A DNA stretch of 63,572 nt, counting the filler, from Octopus bimaculoides (Eukaryota), in the NCBI RefSeq assembly GCF_001194135.2. It is 5 parts of 5 records of this genome, joined end to end, with 100 filler letters (N's around TTAATTAATTAA, not from the genome) between each part and the next. Parts side by side here need not be neighbours in the genome. Positions count along the whole stretch, not along the records: positions 1 to 16,147 come from NC_068984.1; positions 16,248 to 40,970 come from NC_069003.1; 3 more parts are not named here. The stretch is one strand, 5' to 3'. A program made the position numbers and the translations under genes. Each line of letters begins with the position of its first letter. The stretch's first letter is position 1. The notes under the pieces were generated by a model. That model made no database searches, had not been told where the DNA came from, and saw only the letters and a program-made list of their open reading frames with translations. Shown here piece after piece: positions 12,191 through 24,164 of the stretch.

Positions 12191-13020
12191 TATTTTTTAT
12201 TTTTATTTATTTATTATTTTTTTTTTTGTAATTGATGGTACCCCAACATAGTCAAAGCTCTTGTGCTGAAACTAGCAAAGGAGCAAATAGCTCACCAAGC
12301 ATTGTTCATGCTGAAACCACAATAAACTAATTTATAACATTGGGTTGTTTTGTAATTTGAGACTACCATATTTATCAGATACAAATATTAACAGAACAAG
12401 TTACAAACATTTGTATTTTCAAATTCATATAAAGTCTCAGAATCTCTCACAGTGTTTCATGAATAAAGTAGAATTTCAAATTATTAATATTTATATATTA
12501 AATGTATATGTTTGAACCTTTATTGTCAATACCCAGAAAAATTTATCAAAATATAATCTATCTGCAATTTATTATTGTATGTTGGATATGTTATATTAGA
12601 TATACATATATATATATATAGTACCATGTTCTTCTGTGCACACATGTTTGAGTGTATGTGTAAGTGTTTAATAAAGAACCAACATGAACTTTTGAAAAGG
12701 ACTCTGTTTCATCTAGTGTTTTCAGATCTAAATTCATAGCGAGTATGTTTTTTCATCTAAGTAAAGAATATCTATAATTTTAATTTAATACAAACGACTT
12801 CAAATCAAACTTGACATTTCTATTTCTTATTTCAGTGCAAATTTAAGGTTTTCAATTATTAATTCTCATTTATTAAGCATGAATAAAATGAATAACAAGA
12901 TTTTGTATGTGCATGTGTGTATGTATGTATGATGTATGTATGTATGTATGTATGTATGTATGTATGTATGTATATATATATATATATATATATACATATG
13001 CATGAATATATGGATGCATA

Positions 13021-13093
<73 letters not shown>

Positions 13094-13239
13094 CAATTAT
13101 AATTAAGGGTATCTAAACGATACCATCATGCTAGATATAGCAGTCAAAACTTGACTCACTTGATACGATAGGTATTTTTATTAACGATCTTATCCTTATT
13201 CATATAAATATATATATATACATATATATACTTATATAA

Positions 13240-13280
<41 letters not shown>

Positions 13281-13990
13281 GCACTCTCTCTCTCTCTTTC
13301 TCACACACCCACACACACACACACACACACACTTATGCACATACATTTATACATTAATCATACAAACAAATACGCAGATATGCGTATGTTAATTCATTCA
13401 TATGATACATGTGGATGTGTATGTGTATGTAAGTATTTATATATATATAGGTAAACATATAAATACATCTATATATCAATTTATACAAATTACAAGCATA
13501 CTATATATACACACATATATTGGATACCTGAGCAAATACATAAGCCATAGATTACTGAGAACTCTTGGTTACCTGAGCAAACGTTCATACCCTTGACTAT
13601 TGAGTACTCTTCTCACTTACTTCTCTTACCTACATCTGGTGTCACTGCTTGCACTATTGTCTTGCATATTATCAACTCCTGGTTCACATGTCTTACCTCT
13701 GAGTAATCTTTGTGTTGTTCTGTAAACAAATTATCATTCCTCTTTTACTGGTGTCACAATGGAATGTCAAGAATACATACTATGTAAAAGTGATGGAGGA
13801 ATGAGACAGTCTGGTACTTGTTAAAAGAATATATTCGTGACAGCGTCAGTATTAATACTGAGGGGTAATATTTATCCCTACTGAAATGTGGATGTTCTGT
13901 TAGAACAAACTATACTACAGTAGTTACCATGAAAGAAACTCTGATATTGGCTTTTGATGCAAAATGAACACTTGTTTATATCATTTTCAG

Positions 13991-14139
13991 GGAGATAAAT
14001 CCCCACCACCTCCAGCGCCAAGAACATCAAGTCACTTGATTTCGATCTTCCTTAGTCTCATCAAAGATGGATGCTCAACTGTTAGAGATAGAGACTTATC
14101 TCCCAACCAGCGTTATGTTGGAAAACAGTGCCAAAACAG
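13991..14139 (+). CDS. Candidate host exon with ATG at 14067 (MDAQLLEIETYLPTSVMLENSAKT)
   Basis: Acceptor TCATTTTCAG, context AAAGATGG, donor CAG|GTACTG; no recognised homology. Confidence 0.25.
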
Positions 14140-14682
14140 GTACTGGTGTTGCAATTTGCCAGTAGGCTTCTTAAAAAATATTTATTAGTAACAGAAGCAA
14201 TATCAATACTGAGAAGAAATATTTATATCCACTTGAATATGGCTGCTTTGTTAGAATATCCACAACTATACAATAGTAGATACTATGAAAGAAACTCTTA
14301 TACTGGCAATTTGGTGCAGAATGCACCCTTGTTTATATCACTAGTCCCATTTTGCAGTACTGGTACCACAAAACGCACCCAGTACACCTTGTAAAGTGAA
14401 TGCTAATAGGAAATGTATCCAACTGTATACACAAAGCTGAATGATATGTGAGTATCCATTTATGAAAGGAGTAACAGATAAAATTCATGAGACTAAGCAT
14501 AAAAACCCATCCAACTGATAATTTACATGAAAGCAGACAAGTCTTTCAGGGAGACTCATGGCTACATTACACTTTACATAGGTTGATGGGGATGGTTGGA
14601 GTGGTGCCTCAAAGAGGGCAAAGTGTGATGGTAAGGAAGTACTAAAGGATAAGCTTATAAGCTCATTGTGCTATTCTTTTAT

Positions 14683-14895
14683 ACTTTTACTTGTTTCAGT
14701 CATTTGACTGCAGCCATGCTGGAGTACCACCTTGAAAGGTTTTAGTCAAACTAATCGACCCCAGGACTTCTAGTTTTTCAAACCTTGTACTTATTTTATC
14801 AGTTTCCTTTGCCAAACCTCTAAACCACAGGGACTCAAACACACCAACACTGGTTGTCAAGTGGTGATAGGGGGAAAACAAAAACACAAACACAC
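14683..14895 (-). mobile_element. SINE tail B, CpG-decayed
   Basis: Reverse complement of ...CCAGCATGGCCGCAGTCAAATGACTGAAACAAGTAAAAG family tail. Confidence 0.75.
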
Positions 14896-14907
14896 AATGA
14901 ACAGACA

Positions 14908-16147
14908 TTGGGTCATCTCATAAATAATACAGTTTTTTCACTTACATGAAGTAAAAGTCGGAGCAGGGTGGGATAAACTACCTGCATCAATTTGTTATAA
15001 AAGCAGGGTGTAATTTTACCTTATACTTATTCTTAGTGCAAGTTTTGAAGAGTGCAATTTGATTTTGACAGTTAGTTTTCCAAAGCTATATTGAAACTAA
15101 CAAAGGTACACATTCGGCATATTTTGCTTTATGAGTTCAATAAAGGCAACAACACAAAGGAAAGTGTGAGGAATAGTGATGCAGTATACGTGGATCAGAT
15201 AATAAGCATAAGCCAGTGTCAACGGTGGTTCCAGAAATTTCAAGACGAAAACTACAGCCTAGAAGACAAGCCTTGTCCTGGAAGATCTGTTGAGCTCAGC
15301 AAGGACGTCCTGCAAATTCTGGTGGAACAAACTCCCATCGTAACTGTTGAGGAACTAGCAGAGAAGCTTGGATTTGGTCATTCAACCATTCATTAACACC
15401 TGCATGCTATCAGAAAAGTCACCAAATTGGGTCAATGGATTTCTCGCAAACTTTCCAAGTTTAATTGCATGCAGAGAGTGAATGTGTGCTTTTCCTTGCT
15501 GTCGTATCTCACGAATGAACCTTTTTTGGACCGAATAGTGACTGGTGATGAGAAATGAGTTCACTCTAAAAATGTCAAGCACTGAAGACAGCGGGCAGGG
15601 AAAGGAAAAACACTTGCACCTCAGGCTAAAGAAGTTCTTCCCTCATGTAAGGTGTTGTTATCTGTTTGGTGGGATATGAACGGTTTAGTCCACTTTGATC
15701 TTTAAAACCCAAACCAAACAATTACAAAGATCTACTGCGAGCAGCTTGAGAGGCTTAAGTCAATGCTAGAAGAAAAACTACCATCTTTGGTTTCAAGATG
15801 AAAGGTGTTCTTCCATCAGGATAATGCTCAGCTACATACAACAAGGATGACATTCCAAAGGCTGGAGCAGTCTGAATGGGAAGCAATGCCCCACCAACCA
15901 TATTCGCTGGACATTGCCCCATCTGATTATCATTTATTCTGCAGTCTTAAAAAGCATTTGGATGTAAAAAATATGAATTCTGTAGAAGAGGTTAGTATAG
16001 TATTGGGGGAGTATTTTTCATCATGGACAAGTGAATTTTGGAAGAAGAGTTTTGCAAGTCTACCAGATAGATGGATGAGCATTGTAGAAAATGAAAGAGA
16101 GTATATTTTAGATTAAAAAAGAACTTTATTCATCTTAATTTTGAAGC
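14908..16147 (+). mobile_element. Decayed mariner #2 (DD34D); right TIR lost in the gap
   Basis: Left TIR-like TTGGGTCATCTCATAAATAATACAGTTTTTT; MKLTKVHIRHILLYEFNKG; RIVTGDEK; HQDNA...PSDYH with 34 residues between the two Ds; stop at 16116. Confidence 0.92.
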
Positions 16148-16247
16148 NNNNNNNNNNNNNNNNNNNNNNNNNNNNNNNNNNNNNNNNNNNNTTAATTAAT
16201 TAANNNNNNNNNNNNNNNNNNNNNNNNNNNNNNNNNNNNNNNNNNNN
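16148..16247. other. Artificial scaffolding spacer N44-TTAATTAATTAA-N44
   Basis: Exactly 100 bp; identical spacers at 40971-41070, 47666-47765, 61872-61971. Confidence 0.95.
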
Positions 16248-16549
16248 GTGGTGGTGATGGGTGGTTGTGGCTGTTGTTGATGGTGGTGGTGATGATGGTG
16301 GTAGTGGCAGTGGCAGTGGTAGTGATAGGTGGTTGTGGCGGTGATGGTGGTGTTGGTAGCTGGTGGTGGTGGTGGTGGTGGTGGTGATAGTGGTGATGGT
16401 GGTGTTGGTGGTGCTGGTGCTCGGTTGATTGTGGTAGTGGTGGTGATGGCGGTGACCGTGGAGATGTTAGAGGTGGTGGTGTGTTTCTGGTCGCGTGTAG
16501 GAGTATGTAGATGTGGTGGTAACGGTAGTGGTATATTTGCGTTGTGTGC

Positions 16550-16872
16550 GTGTGGTAGCCTAGTCTTTATGGTCCTTGGTTCACGGTCTCAATGTCGTGA
16601 GTTCGATATCCCTGCGTCGCGTTGTGTCCTTGAGCAAGACACTTTGTTTCAAGTTACTCCAGTCAACTCAGCTGGCAAAAATGAGTTGTACCTGTTTATT
16701 TTCAAAGGGTCAGCTTTGTCACATTCTGTGTCACGCTGAATCTCCCTGAAAACTACGTCAAGGGTACGCATGTCTGTGGAGTGCTCAGCCACTTGTGCGT
16801 TGATTTCATGAGCAGGTTGTTCTGGTGGTCGGAACAATTGGATCACTCTCGTCGCAACCGACGGAGTACCAC
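16550..16872 (+). mobile_element. tRNA-SINE: family C head/core + family D tail
   Basis: GAGTTCGATATCCC B box; GTTGTGTCCTTGAGCAAGACACTT core; 3' ~170 bp matches 23110-23280. Confidence 0.8.
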
Positions 16873-16895
16873 TTTATGAATGTATGTATGCATGT

Positions 16896-16994
16896 CACTG
16901 ATCAGTTTTATTTCAAGATTTCTTGCCAATAGAGAAAGATCCGGTTTCTAACCTAGATCCAAGGCTCCTTCATTGGTATTGCAACATCAACAAG
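16896..16994 (-). mobile_element. R4/Dong-like retroelement 3' UTR fragment
   Basis: Reverse complement of GGAGCCTTGGATCTAGGTTAGAAACCGGCTCTTTCTCTATTGGCAAGAAATCTTGAAATAAAACTG, followed by (ATAC)n. Confidence 0.7.
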
Positions 16995-17117
16995 AAGGCA
17001 TTTTTGTTTGTATGCATATATGTATATATATATGCAGATTCTCATGCATATAGTTACATATCTACTTAAATGATAAATTTCTGACAAGTTACAGTTCTAT
17101 ATTTAAGAGATGAGGAA

Positions 17118-17781
17118 TAATTTACATTATTTACATTTGACGGATATTTGTCCTCATCTTGTTTGTTGTTAACACAACGTTTCGGCTGATATACCTTCCA
17201 GCCTTCGTCAGGTGTCTTGGGGAAATTTCGAACTAAGATATTTTTCGATGTTGTTGTTGTTATTATTATTATTCAGGTCACTGCCTAGAATCGAACTCGG
17301 TATCAGTAGCCCGCGCTCTTAACCACAACGCCATATGCTCGTGGGCAATTATGGAGTGAATTTTAGGGCTTATAAATCTAATTATTTTCCTAACCTTCCT
17401 TAATACCGGTTCCCATATGCTACTCGTATCTGCACTCGGTCTGCGAAACTTCCCAAACCAAACATTACTAAGGAAGAAAAGTTCGCTATCAAAAGACTAC
17501 AGAGTGACAATTCCATCAAAACACTCCCAGCGGACAAGGGAAATTCTACAGTGGTGATGAACAAGTCTGACTACTCGGAAAAACTGGCAAATCTTATAAG
17601 TGATGGTAGCTTCAGCAAAGAAACAAAAGACCCAACTCTGAAAACAGAGAGGAAGTTTGTTACAGATCTTGATCAAGAACAAGGATCACTTTACACCAAT
17701 GAAGTACAGACAACTGGCTCGCCTTATAATTTAACACACTCACCGGTAAAATTTCCCCTTATTTGTTTTTTAATTTTCTAA
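17118..17781 (+). mobile_element. Penelope-like element: inverted 3' end (17118-~17440, minus) joined to a forward ORF fragment (~17443-17781)
   Basis: KLPKPNITKEEKFAIKRLQSDNSIKTLPADKGNSTVVMNKSDYSEKL...KDPT (PLE ADKG region); inverted terminal segment carries a hammerhead. Confidence 0.85.
17171..17216 (-). ncRNA. Penelope minimal type I hammerhead, family A copy 1
   Basis: GACAC-CTGACGA-A-GGCTG-gaaggtatat-CAGCC-GAAAC-GTT-GTGTT; palindromic ACGT stem III; GUU site. Confidence 0.82.
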
Positions 17782-17800
17782 AATTTTCGTNNNNNNNNNN

Positions 17801-17831
<31 letters not shown>

Positions 17832-17835
<4 letters not shown>

Positions 17836-17945
17836 CACGACGGGTTTCTTTCAGTTTCTGTTTACCAAATCTTCTCTCAAGGCTTTCGTAAGCCCGGGGC
17901 TATATAGTAGAAGACACTTGCTCAAGGTGCCATGCAGATACAAGC
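17832..17945 (-). mobile_element. SINE family A head/core
   Basis: ACACGACGGGTTTCTTTCAGTTTCTG...AGAAGACACTTGCTCAAGGTGCCA next to (TA)n. Confidence 0.75.
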
Positions 17946-18889
17946 AAACTAAATGTAATGAAACGCTTCTTCCAGATATCTGAGAACGAATAAAGCCCTG
18001 CAAATATATTTCCTCTGCTAGAATACCTTGCTTCGTAATTGCGTTGTGATAGCATCTTATGTGTTCGTGTGTTCGTGTATTTCCGTGTCTTTCCGTGTAT
18101 GTCACTGTTTGTAAATGGAGAAGACAGGTCACTGAGTGCAGTAGGAATTACCGAAATTGACTGACAAAATGTTTACGAAATTTAAAACACTAGACTCAAC
18201 GCTGATTCAAATGCGTAAAAGTTTCGACTGTCACCGAAAGTACAATTATATGGTGACATGTAATTGTATGTATTATGGCAATTTTAATTGACATATAAAA
18301 AAATAACAACAACAACCAAGAATAAATAAATATATAAATAAATAAAAAAAATTAAACCAAAACTAGAGCAGACGAGAGCTGAAACATCCCTACGTCTTTT
18401 TTCTTCCCTAAATGTCGTCTGCTTCAATCAATTTCAACACCCACCATCATACTTCAAGTTAATCGAGAGCTTTGTTTTGCTGCTTTTTTTATCGACTTTA
18501 TCTTATTCTAGTGGATGTTATTCATAACTAGGAAATGATTTAATAACGAAAATTAAGACATTCTTCTTTACAAGACATTCTACATTTCGGATTCACTCTT
18601 TCTTGCCTTTAATTACATATTTCCTCTCGTAGTTTCTGTTAAATTAGACGTTACATTCTGTACCTAGTTTTAGGTCAGAGCCTTCAATTTATTACGTCAA
18701 ACTCATCCCTTTATCTTAATCTTAATCTAACCAAAATTAACACACATATTCACGCGTACACACAAACTCAGATACGTATGTGTGTGTGTGTGTGACATTT
18801 TTCTTCACCAGTTCGTGGCATTTTCAACGCACCCAACAATGATTTTGTTCATATGTTCATGTAATATCATCATTATAATGTTTGAAACG

Positions 18890-18970
<81 letters not shown>

Positions 18971-18973
18971 GTA

Positions 18974-19095
18974 CAGTAATGCCTCGATATACGAGTTAAT
19001 TGGTTTCTAGAGATCGCTCGTAAAGTGAAAACTCGTAATGCAGAGCAACACTTTTCCATAGTAGCAATGTTATAAATCCTAATTCGTTCTTACAA
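18974..19095 (+). mobile_element. pogo/Tigger-like MITE end
   Basis: TA|CAGTAATGCCTCGATATACGAG resembles a Tigger-type TIR; partner TIR not found. Confidence 0.5.
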
Positions 19096-19604
19096 ATATA
19101 TTTCACCTATAAAATCTATAATTCTCATAAATAAATGGCAACAAAACAAGTCTGAATTCCAATGAAATTCTAGATTAGAAAGCGTTTCTTCCGTCATTGG
19201 CAAGGAGTCCCAAAAATATAACGAAGAACATAGTATATATGAGTGTGTGTGTGTATGTGTGTTTGAGTGTGTGTGTATGTGTGTGTGTGTTTGTTTGTGA
19301 GTTTGTGAATGTGTAAGCGTGTGTATGTAGAAGCTGCATAATGAACTTCCCCAGACACGATTTCTAGAGCTCCCTTTATTTCCGCGATGAAACCCGACAT
19401 TACTATTATTCCAGTCCCCCTTCCTGACCACAAAAACCCCCTCTCTGCCAACTAACTCTAAGACACTTTAATTCTACAATCGATTACCAAATCTCATTGA
19501 TTTATTTCTTTAGAAAAGACTTGACTCGGCTAACAGATAGTGCCTAAAGATTTATATCATTTCCTAACACCCTCTTCTGATACTGCCAAAATACACATAC
19601 ATGC

Positions 19605-19635
<31 letters not shown>

Positions 19636-19799
19636 TATCTTTTACTATATATATATATATCTTTAACTCTTTTACTCTTTTACGTGTTTATATAATTGTT
19701 AAACAGGGCAACGAACATTAGGGCAAGGTAAACATCTCACGTCGTATACAATATTATTATTGGAAAAATTCAGTCTTATCATAACACTTCTACTGTGAA

Positions 19800-20122
19800 T
19801 ATCATATACATTGTCCCTCTACCAGATCGGATGCCACATTGAGATTCAGATAGGACATCATTTACGAGACATCCAATCAAGCGGGTTAGAAGAATATTTG
19901 CCAGAACCTTGCCAGCAGCTGATAGTAGAGCAATACTTCTGTAGTTACCCCACACTGTTCTGGCTCCTTTTCCTTTATATAGAGGAAGAATAATTGCATC
20001 CTTCCAGTCCTTAGAGATTGCACCATCCCTCCAGACTGCACTAATAAGTTCATGAAGGGACTGTGTGATGTAATTACCACCAAATCATAAGACCTCAGCA
20101 CAAATTCCATCTTTTCTAGGTT
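19800..20122 (-). mobile_element. RTE LINE reverse-transcriptase fragment (domains 0-2)
   Basis: PGKDGICAEVL*FGG...DWKDAIILPLYKGKG...NYRSIALLSAAGKVLANILLTRL...SESQCGIRSGRGT. Confidence 0.9.
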
Positions 20123-20529
20123 CCCTATCAAGATTCAATTTTCTTATTGATGTCATTACCTCATCTATTGAGGTACAGACATACATACGTACATATAAGA
20201 TACAGAAATAAATTTATTTCTCAAACGCGTGATAATACTATAAATAGCGTGACCAGGATAAATTATCCATTTATTGTAAATAAAAATACGTTACTGTCCA
20301 GCAATGAAACTCGAAATCACATCTCTGTGATTACGCGTCAAGTGTTTTACCATTAAACTAAACTGCCCAACAACGAATGCTGCTGCAATTTTAGAACTTA
20401 TAAATTTAGCTCCATAAGACGCTACATATATACTTGCATACATACATGCATTCATAATTATATACATACATTGATACATATATACCAGCATACATACATG
20501 CACATACATGCATGCATACATGTTCAGAT

Positions 20530-20800
20530 ACATACATGCGTGGTGATCACTCCATCTCCGTGGATGCTCGCCGTCTTTTTGTGCTTCTTCGTTGTTAGTT
20601 GCATTTCTGACTTTCCAACCATGACCTCTCAGATGGTTATTCAATCCTGTTGCAGATCTGCAGGGTTTGAAGCACAGGTGATAGAAGAAAGCTGTAACTT
20701 ACCGCGTGCTTCCAACTCCGTAGGACTTTCAGTGGATGGAAAGACAAACGATGTCGCTACAAAGAGACATCTGTACATCATTGGATAATAGTGATAAACG
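20530..20800 (-). mobile_element. RTE-like 3' end with C2H2-type zinc-finger remnant
   Basis: FYHLCFKPCRSATGLNNHLRGH, then a short UTR and (TACA)n. Confidence 0.6.
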
Positions 20801-20890
20801 CTTGGACAGCATGAGTATCACTCTCTGAGTCTCCGTTATTTATTCCTTAAGACAGGTGGAATCGAGATGACATAAATACATACATACATA

Positions 20891-21080
20891 TTTGCAACTA
20901 TATGCATGAGATTAAATGCATAAAGCAAAACATACAAATCTGCTCGTATACATACATAGATACATATATAATACATACCCTGTTGATGTTGTTGAAATTC
21001 CAATAAAGGAGCCTTGGATCTAGGTTAGAAACCAGCTCTTTCTCTGTTGGCAAGAAATCTTGAAATAAAACTGAATAAAG
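20891..21080 (+). mobile_element. R4/Dong-like 3' UTR fragment
   Basis: Matches 40450-40510 and 62200-62451; (ATAC)-type repeats on both sides. Confidence 0.75.
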
Positions 21081-21187
21081 ACATACATATAGAAATACAT
21101 ACTAGCATACATACTAGTATACATACAAAATGCATGCAGATATTATTTCATGCATACATATATACATACACATATGCATACATATAT

Positions 21188-21235
<48 letters not shown>

Positions 21236-21247
21236 NNNNNNNNNNAC

Positions 21248-21291
<44 letters not shown>

Positions 21292-21361
21292 GTATGTATA
21301 CACATACATATACACTAGCTTACGTACTTACATAAATATTTACATACATGCATGCATACGG

Positions 21362-21402
<41 letters not shown>

Positions 21403-21730
21403 CATCAATAATAATGTTAGTGGACTGATATATAGACAAGAAGGAAAAAAAATCTCAAAACAGTGAATGAAAAAAATATTTGAAAAATATTATTAAAGTT
21501 CAAAAATATTAGAAATTATAATTAATTACTAAATTTCTTCTCTTGAATTTTCAAACCGTAAATTAGAAATATTTTAGAAGATATTGCATATATTATGTTA
21601 ATTAGCGGCTAAGGTCGGCGGGAGAGCGTGTTAAACGAGACATAGATTGAAAAGGTGTTAGAAAAGGGGCAGAAAGGAAGATGGGAAGAAAGTACAGGGA
21701 AGAATTGGGTAAAGACGAAAAGAAGGAAGT

Positions 21731-22116
21731 TTTATCAACGATGAATCAGATGAGTCGATCAATACTGTCGAATTTGATATATCGAGATGAGAGGAAGCCG
21801 ATTGGTTCAAGCGCTTAGAAAACGGTAAGGTTGAAAGGAAATCAGTTAGTCGGGGCGTGGTTTTCATTTATCAGGCCAAACGGTTGAAATTAGTCAATAA
21901 CACTTACCTCCCCTTTCCAAGCCGTAATATCATTACGATCTGTAATATTTCATCATCGAGACATCTTTTTTTTTCTTTTATCATACAAACACCACGCTCT
22001 AAAAGACTTCTTTCAACCCAATCGTTTTCTAAATACTTAAACCAATCGCGTGTCTCTCATCCCAAAATTTGAAATTCACCCATATCGATCGAACCATCTG
22101 AATCATCGTTGATAAA
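21731..22116. repeat. Diverged long inverted repeat (arms 21731-21864 and 21988-22116)
   Basis: Gapless 82/106 identity between revcomp(21731-21836) and 22011-22116. Confidence 0.9.
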
Positions 22117-22363
22117 CCTCTCTTCCCCCCCCCCCACACCCATTTTCCCCTCTTTTACACTTTTATTTTCTCATGTATTTTCATTGACACTCGAAAGCTC
22201 TCTGTCTCTTTCTTCAACCTCTAATTAGAATAATATATGCAATAGTTTCTCCAAAGTTTCTCATTACAATTTGAGAGAAAAAAAACTGCAATAACTTTTA
22301 ACCTGCGTAAATGAATTTGAACACGCGTGCGCACACGCGCACAAAAACAAACAAACAAATACA

Positions 22364-22881
22364 TATATATATTAATAAAAGCGAAATTATGTCTGTCCGT
22401 CTGAGACCCCTCTATCTCAGTCTACATTTGTTCTACATAGATATATTATACCATTTTGGAATCAGGATGATCCAGGGATTGAAAATCTGCCCCACATTTG
22501 GTTCTTGACCATCCGGAGATCTGATTTAAAAGCATTCGGGTTGCTATTTCTAGCAGGTAAAGCTTGGCTGATTCACGCCATCTTGTTTGGCGTTTGTAAG
22601 TTGACGTCAGAGACCAAGGGGGAGACATTCGCTTCGTTAACTTTACGTCGAGATAAGAACTTTGGGACAAATAAGCCAACAGTTGGAATTCAACTTGGGA
22701 CTGGAAGAATAATTGCATTACAGAATTAATTCTCATCCAACCTTAACCTCTGACCAAACCTCTGATCAAACACCATGTATAATCACGCTATTAAGCTTGC
22801 TTTAGTTTTGGGCCAAAGGCCCGATTAATTCTCCGCAGGAGACAGCTTAAAAGTTCGCACAGAGTGCGACTTTTAAGCTAG
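22364..22881 (+). mobile_element. Non-autonomous Helitron-like element
   Basis: 5' TATATATATTAATAAAAGCGAAATTATGTCTGTCCGTCTG; 3' hairpin TCGCAC-AGA-GTGCGA then CTAG|T. Confidence 0.65.
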
Positions 22882-22896
22882 TATGTAATAAACACA

Positions 22897-23289
22897 GAGG
22901 AGGCGCAATGGCTCAGTGGTTAGGGCAGCGGACTCGCGGTTATAGGATCGCGGTTTCGATTCCCAGACCGGGCGTTGTGAGTGTTTATTGAGCGAAAACA
23001 CCTAAAAGCTCCACGAGGCTCCGGTAGGGGATGATGGCAAACCCTGCTGTACTCTTTCACCACAACTTTCTCTCACTCTTACTTCCTGTTTCTGTTGTGC
23101 CTGTAATTCAAAGGGTCTGCCTTGTCACACTGTGTCACGCTGAATATCCCAGAGAACTACGTTAAGGGTACACGTGTCTGTGGAGTGCTCAGCCACTTGC
23201 ACGTTAATTTCACGAGCAGGCTGTTCCGTTGATCGGATCAACTGGAACCCTCGACGTCGTAAGCGACGGAGTGCCAACAATACAATGCA
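22897..23289 (+). mobile_element. tRNA-SINE family D, full length with TSD
   Basis: A box TGGCTCAGTGG, B box GGTTTCGATTCCC; 11-bp TSD TAATAAACACA (22886-22896 / 23290-23300); second copy at 47903-48273. Confidence 0.92.
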
Positions 23290-23399
23290 TAATAAACACA
23301 AAAACGACCAAACAACAAAAGTCAGAAGGACGTACTCAGTGAATGTATTAAGTTGGCGCTCAGAGAAAAGTTTAAGATGGGGAAAAAAGAAGTGTAGCT

Positions 23400-23426
23400 G
23401 ACGTTTCGAGCATGGTTCTTTGTCAG
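23400..23426 (-). ncRNA. Decayed hammerhead-like motif, family B
   Basis: CTGACAA-A-GAAC-cat-GCTC-GAAAC-GTC. Confidence 0.5.
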
Positions 23427-23829
23427 TAAGAAGAAAAGAGAAAAATCTGGAAGGAAGGAAAAGAATAGTCGGAGGAAAGCATACCTGTCGTTACATGACT
23501 GAAACCGGCCCTAAAAAAACAAAACTGAGAGCTGTGCGAGTAGAGAGTGTTATATAAATTAATGAATGACAAAAGAATTAGAGTTACGAAATCTTCTTCA
23601 TTAGTTGGCAAATGTTTCAGCTATAATATACAGGGCTCTGAGTGCTGAGCGCTTGAACAACATCCTACAACTTCGTCGGAGCCATTAAAATGACTCGTTA
23701 TATATGTGTGTCATTATATGAGCGATTATACGAGCCATTATGTGTATGTGTATATACATATACATACATACATATATACATACATATACATATATGTATA
23801 TAAAGGTACGTATGTACTCTCTCTTTCTT

Positions 23830-23884
<55 letters not shown>

Positions 23885-24100
23885 TATATATATACACATT
23901 CATACAAATACATTTATTTATGTGCGTATGTACACAACTTTTTTATCAACCTAGTTATCTGGTTTCTGTCGCTTTCTCTCTACATACATACATACATACA
24001 TACANNNNNNNNNNNNNNNNNNNNNNNNNNNNNNNNNNNNNNNNNNNNNNNNNNNNNNNNNCACACACACACACAGATATATGTATGTATTTAGTCGTTC

Positions 24101-24164
<64 letters not shown>

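Noticed and set aside
13490-13760. LTR-like block with TACCTGAGCAAA twice and TGGTGTCA (PBS-like)
   Set aside because: No clear TG...CA termini, TSD or internal coding remnant
490-16116. Domesticated (SETMAR-like) or active mariner transposases
   Set aside because: Both copies have stops and frameshifts; copy 1 has lost catalytic aspartates
21190-21295. Direct repeat ACGTGTG(TA)n(CA)n on both sides of a 10-N gap
   Set aside because: Typical unresolved contig overlap
22899-22975. Genuine tRNA genes at SINE heads (also ~40185-40256, ~48200-48273, ~17280-17340)
   Set aside because: A/B boxes are present but I could not fold a proper acceptor stem, there is no T-run terminator, and each continues into SINE body sequence
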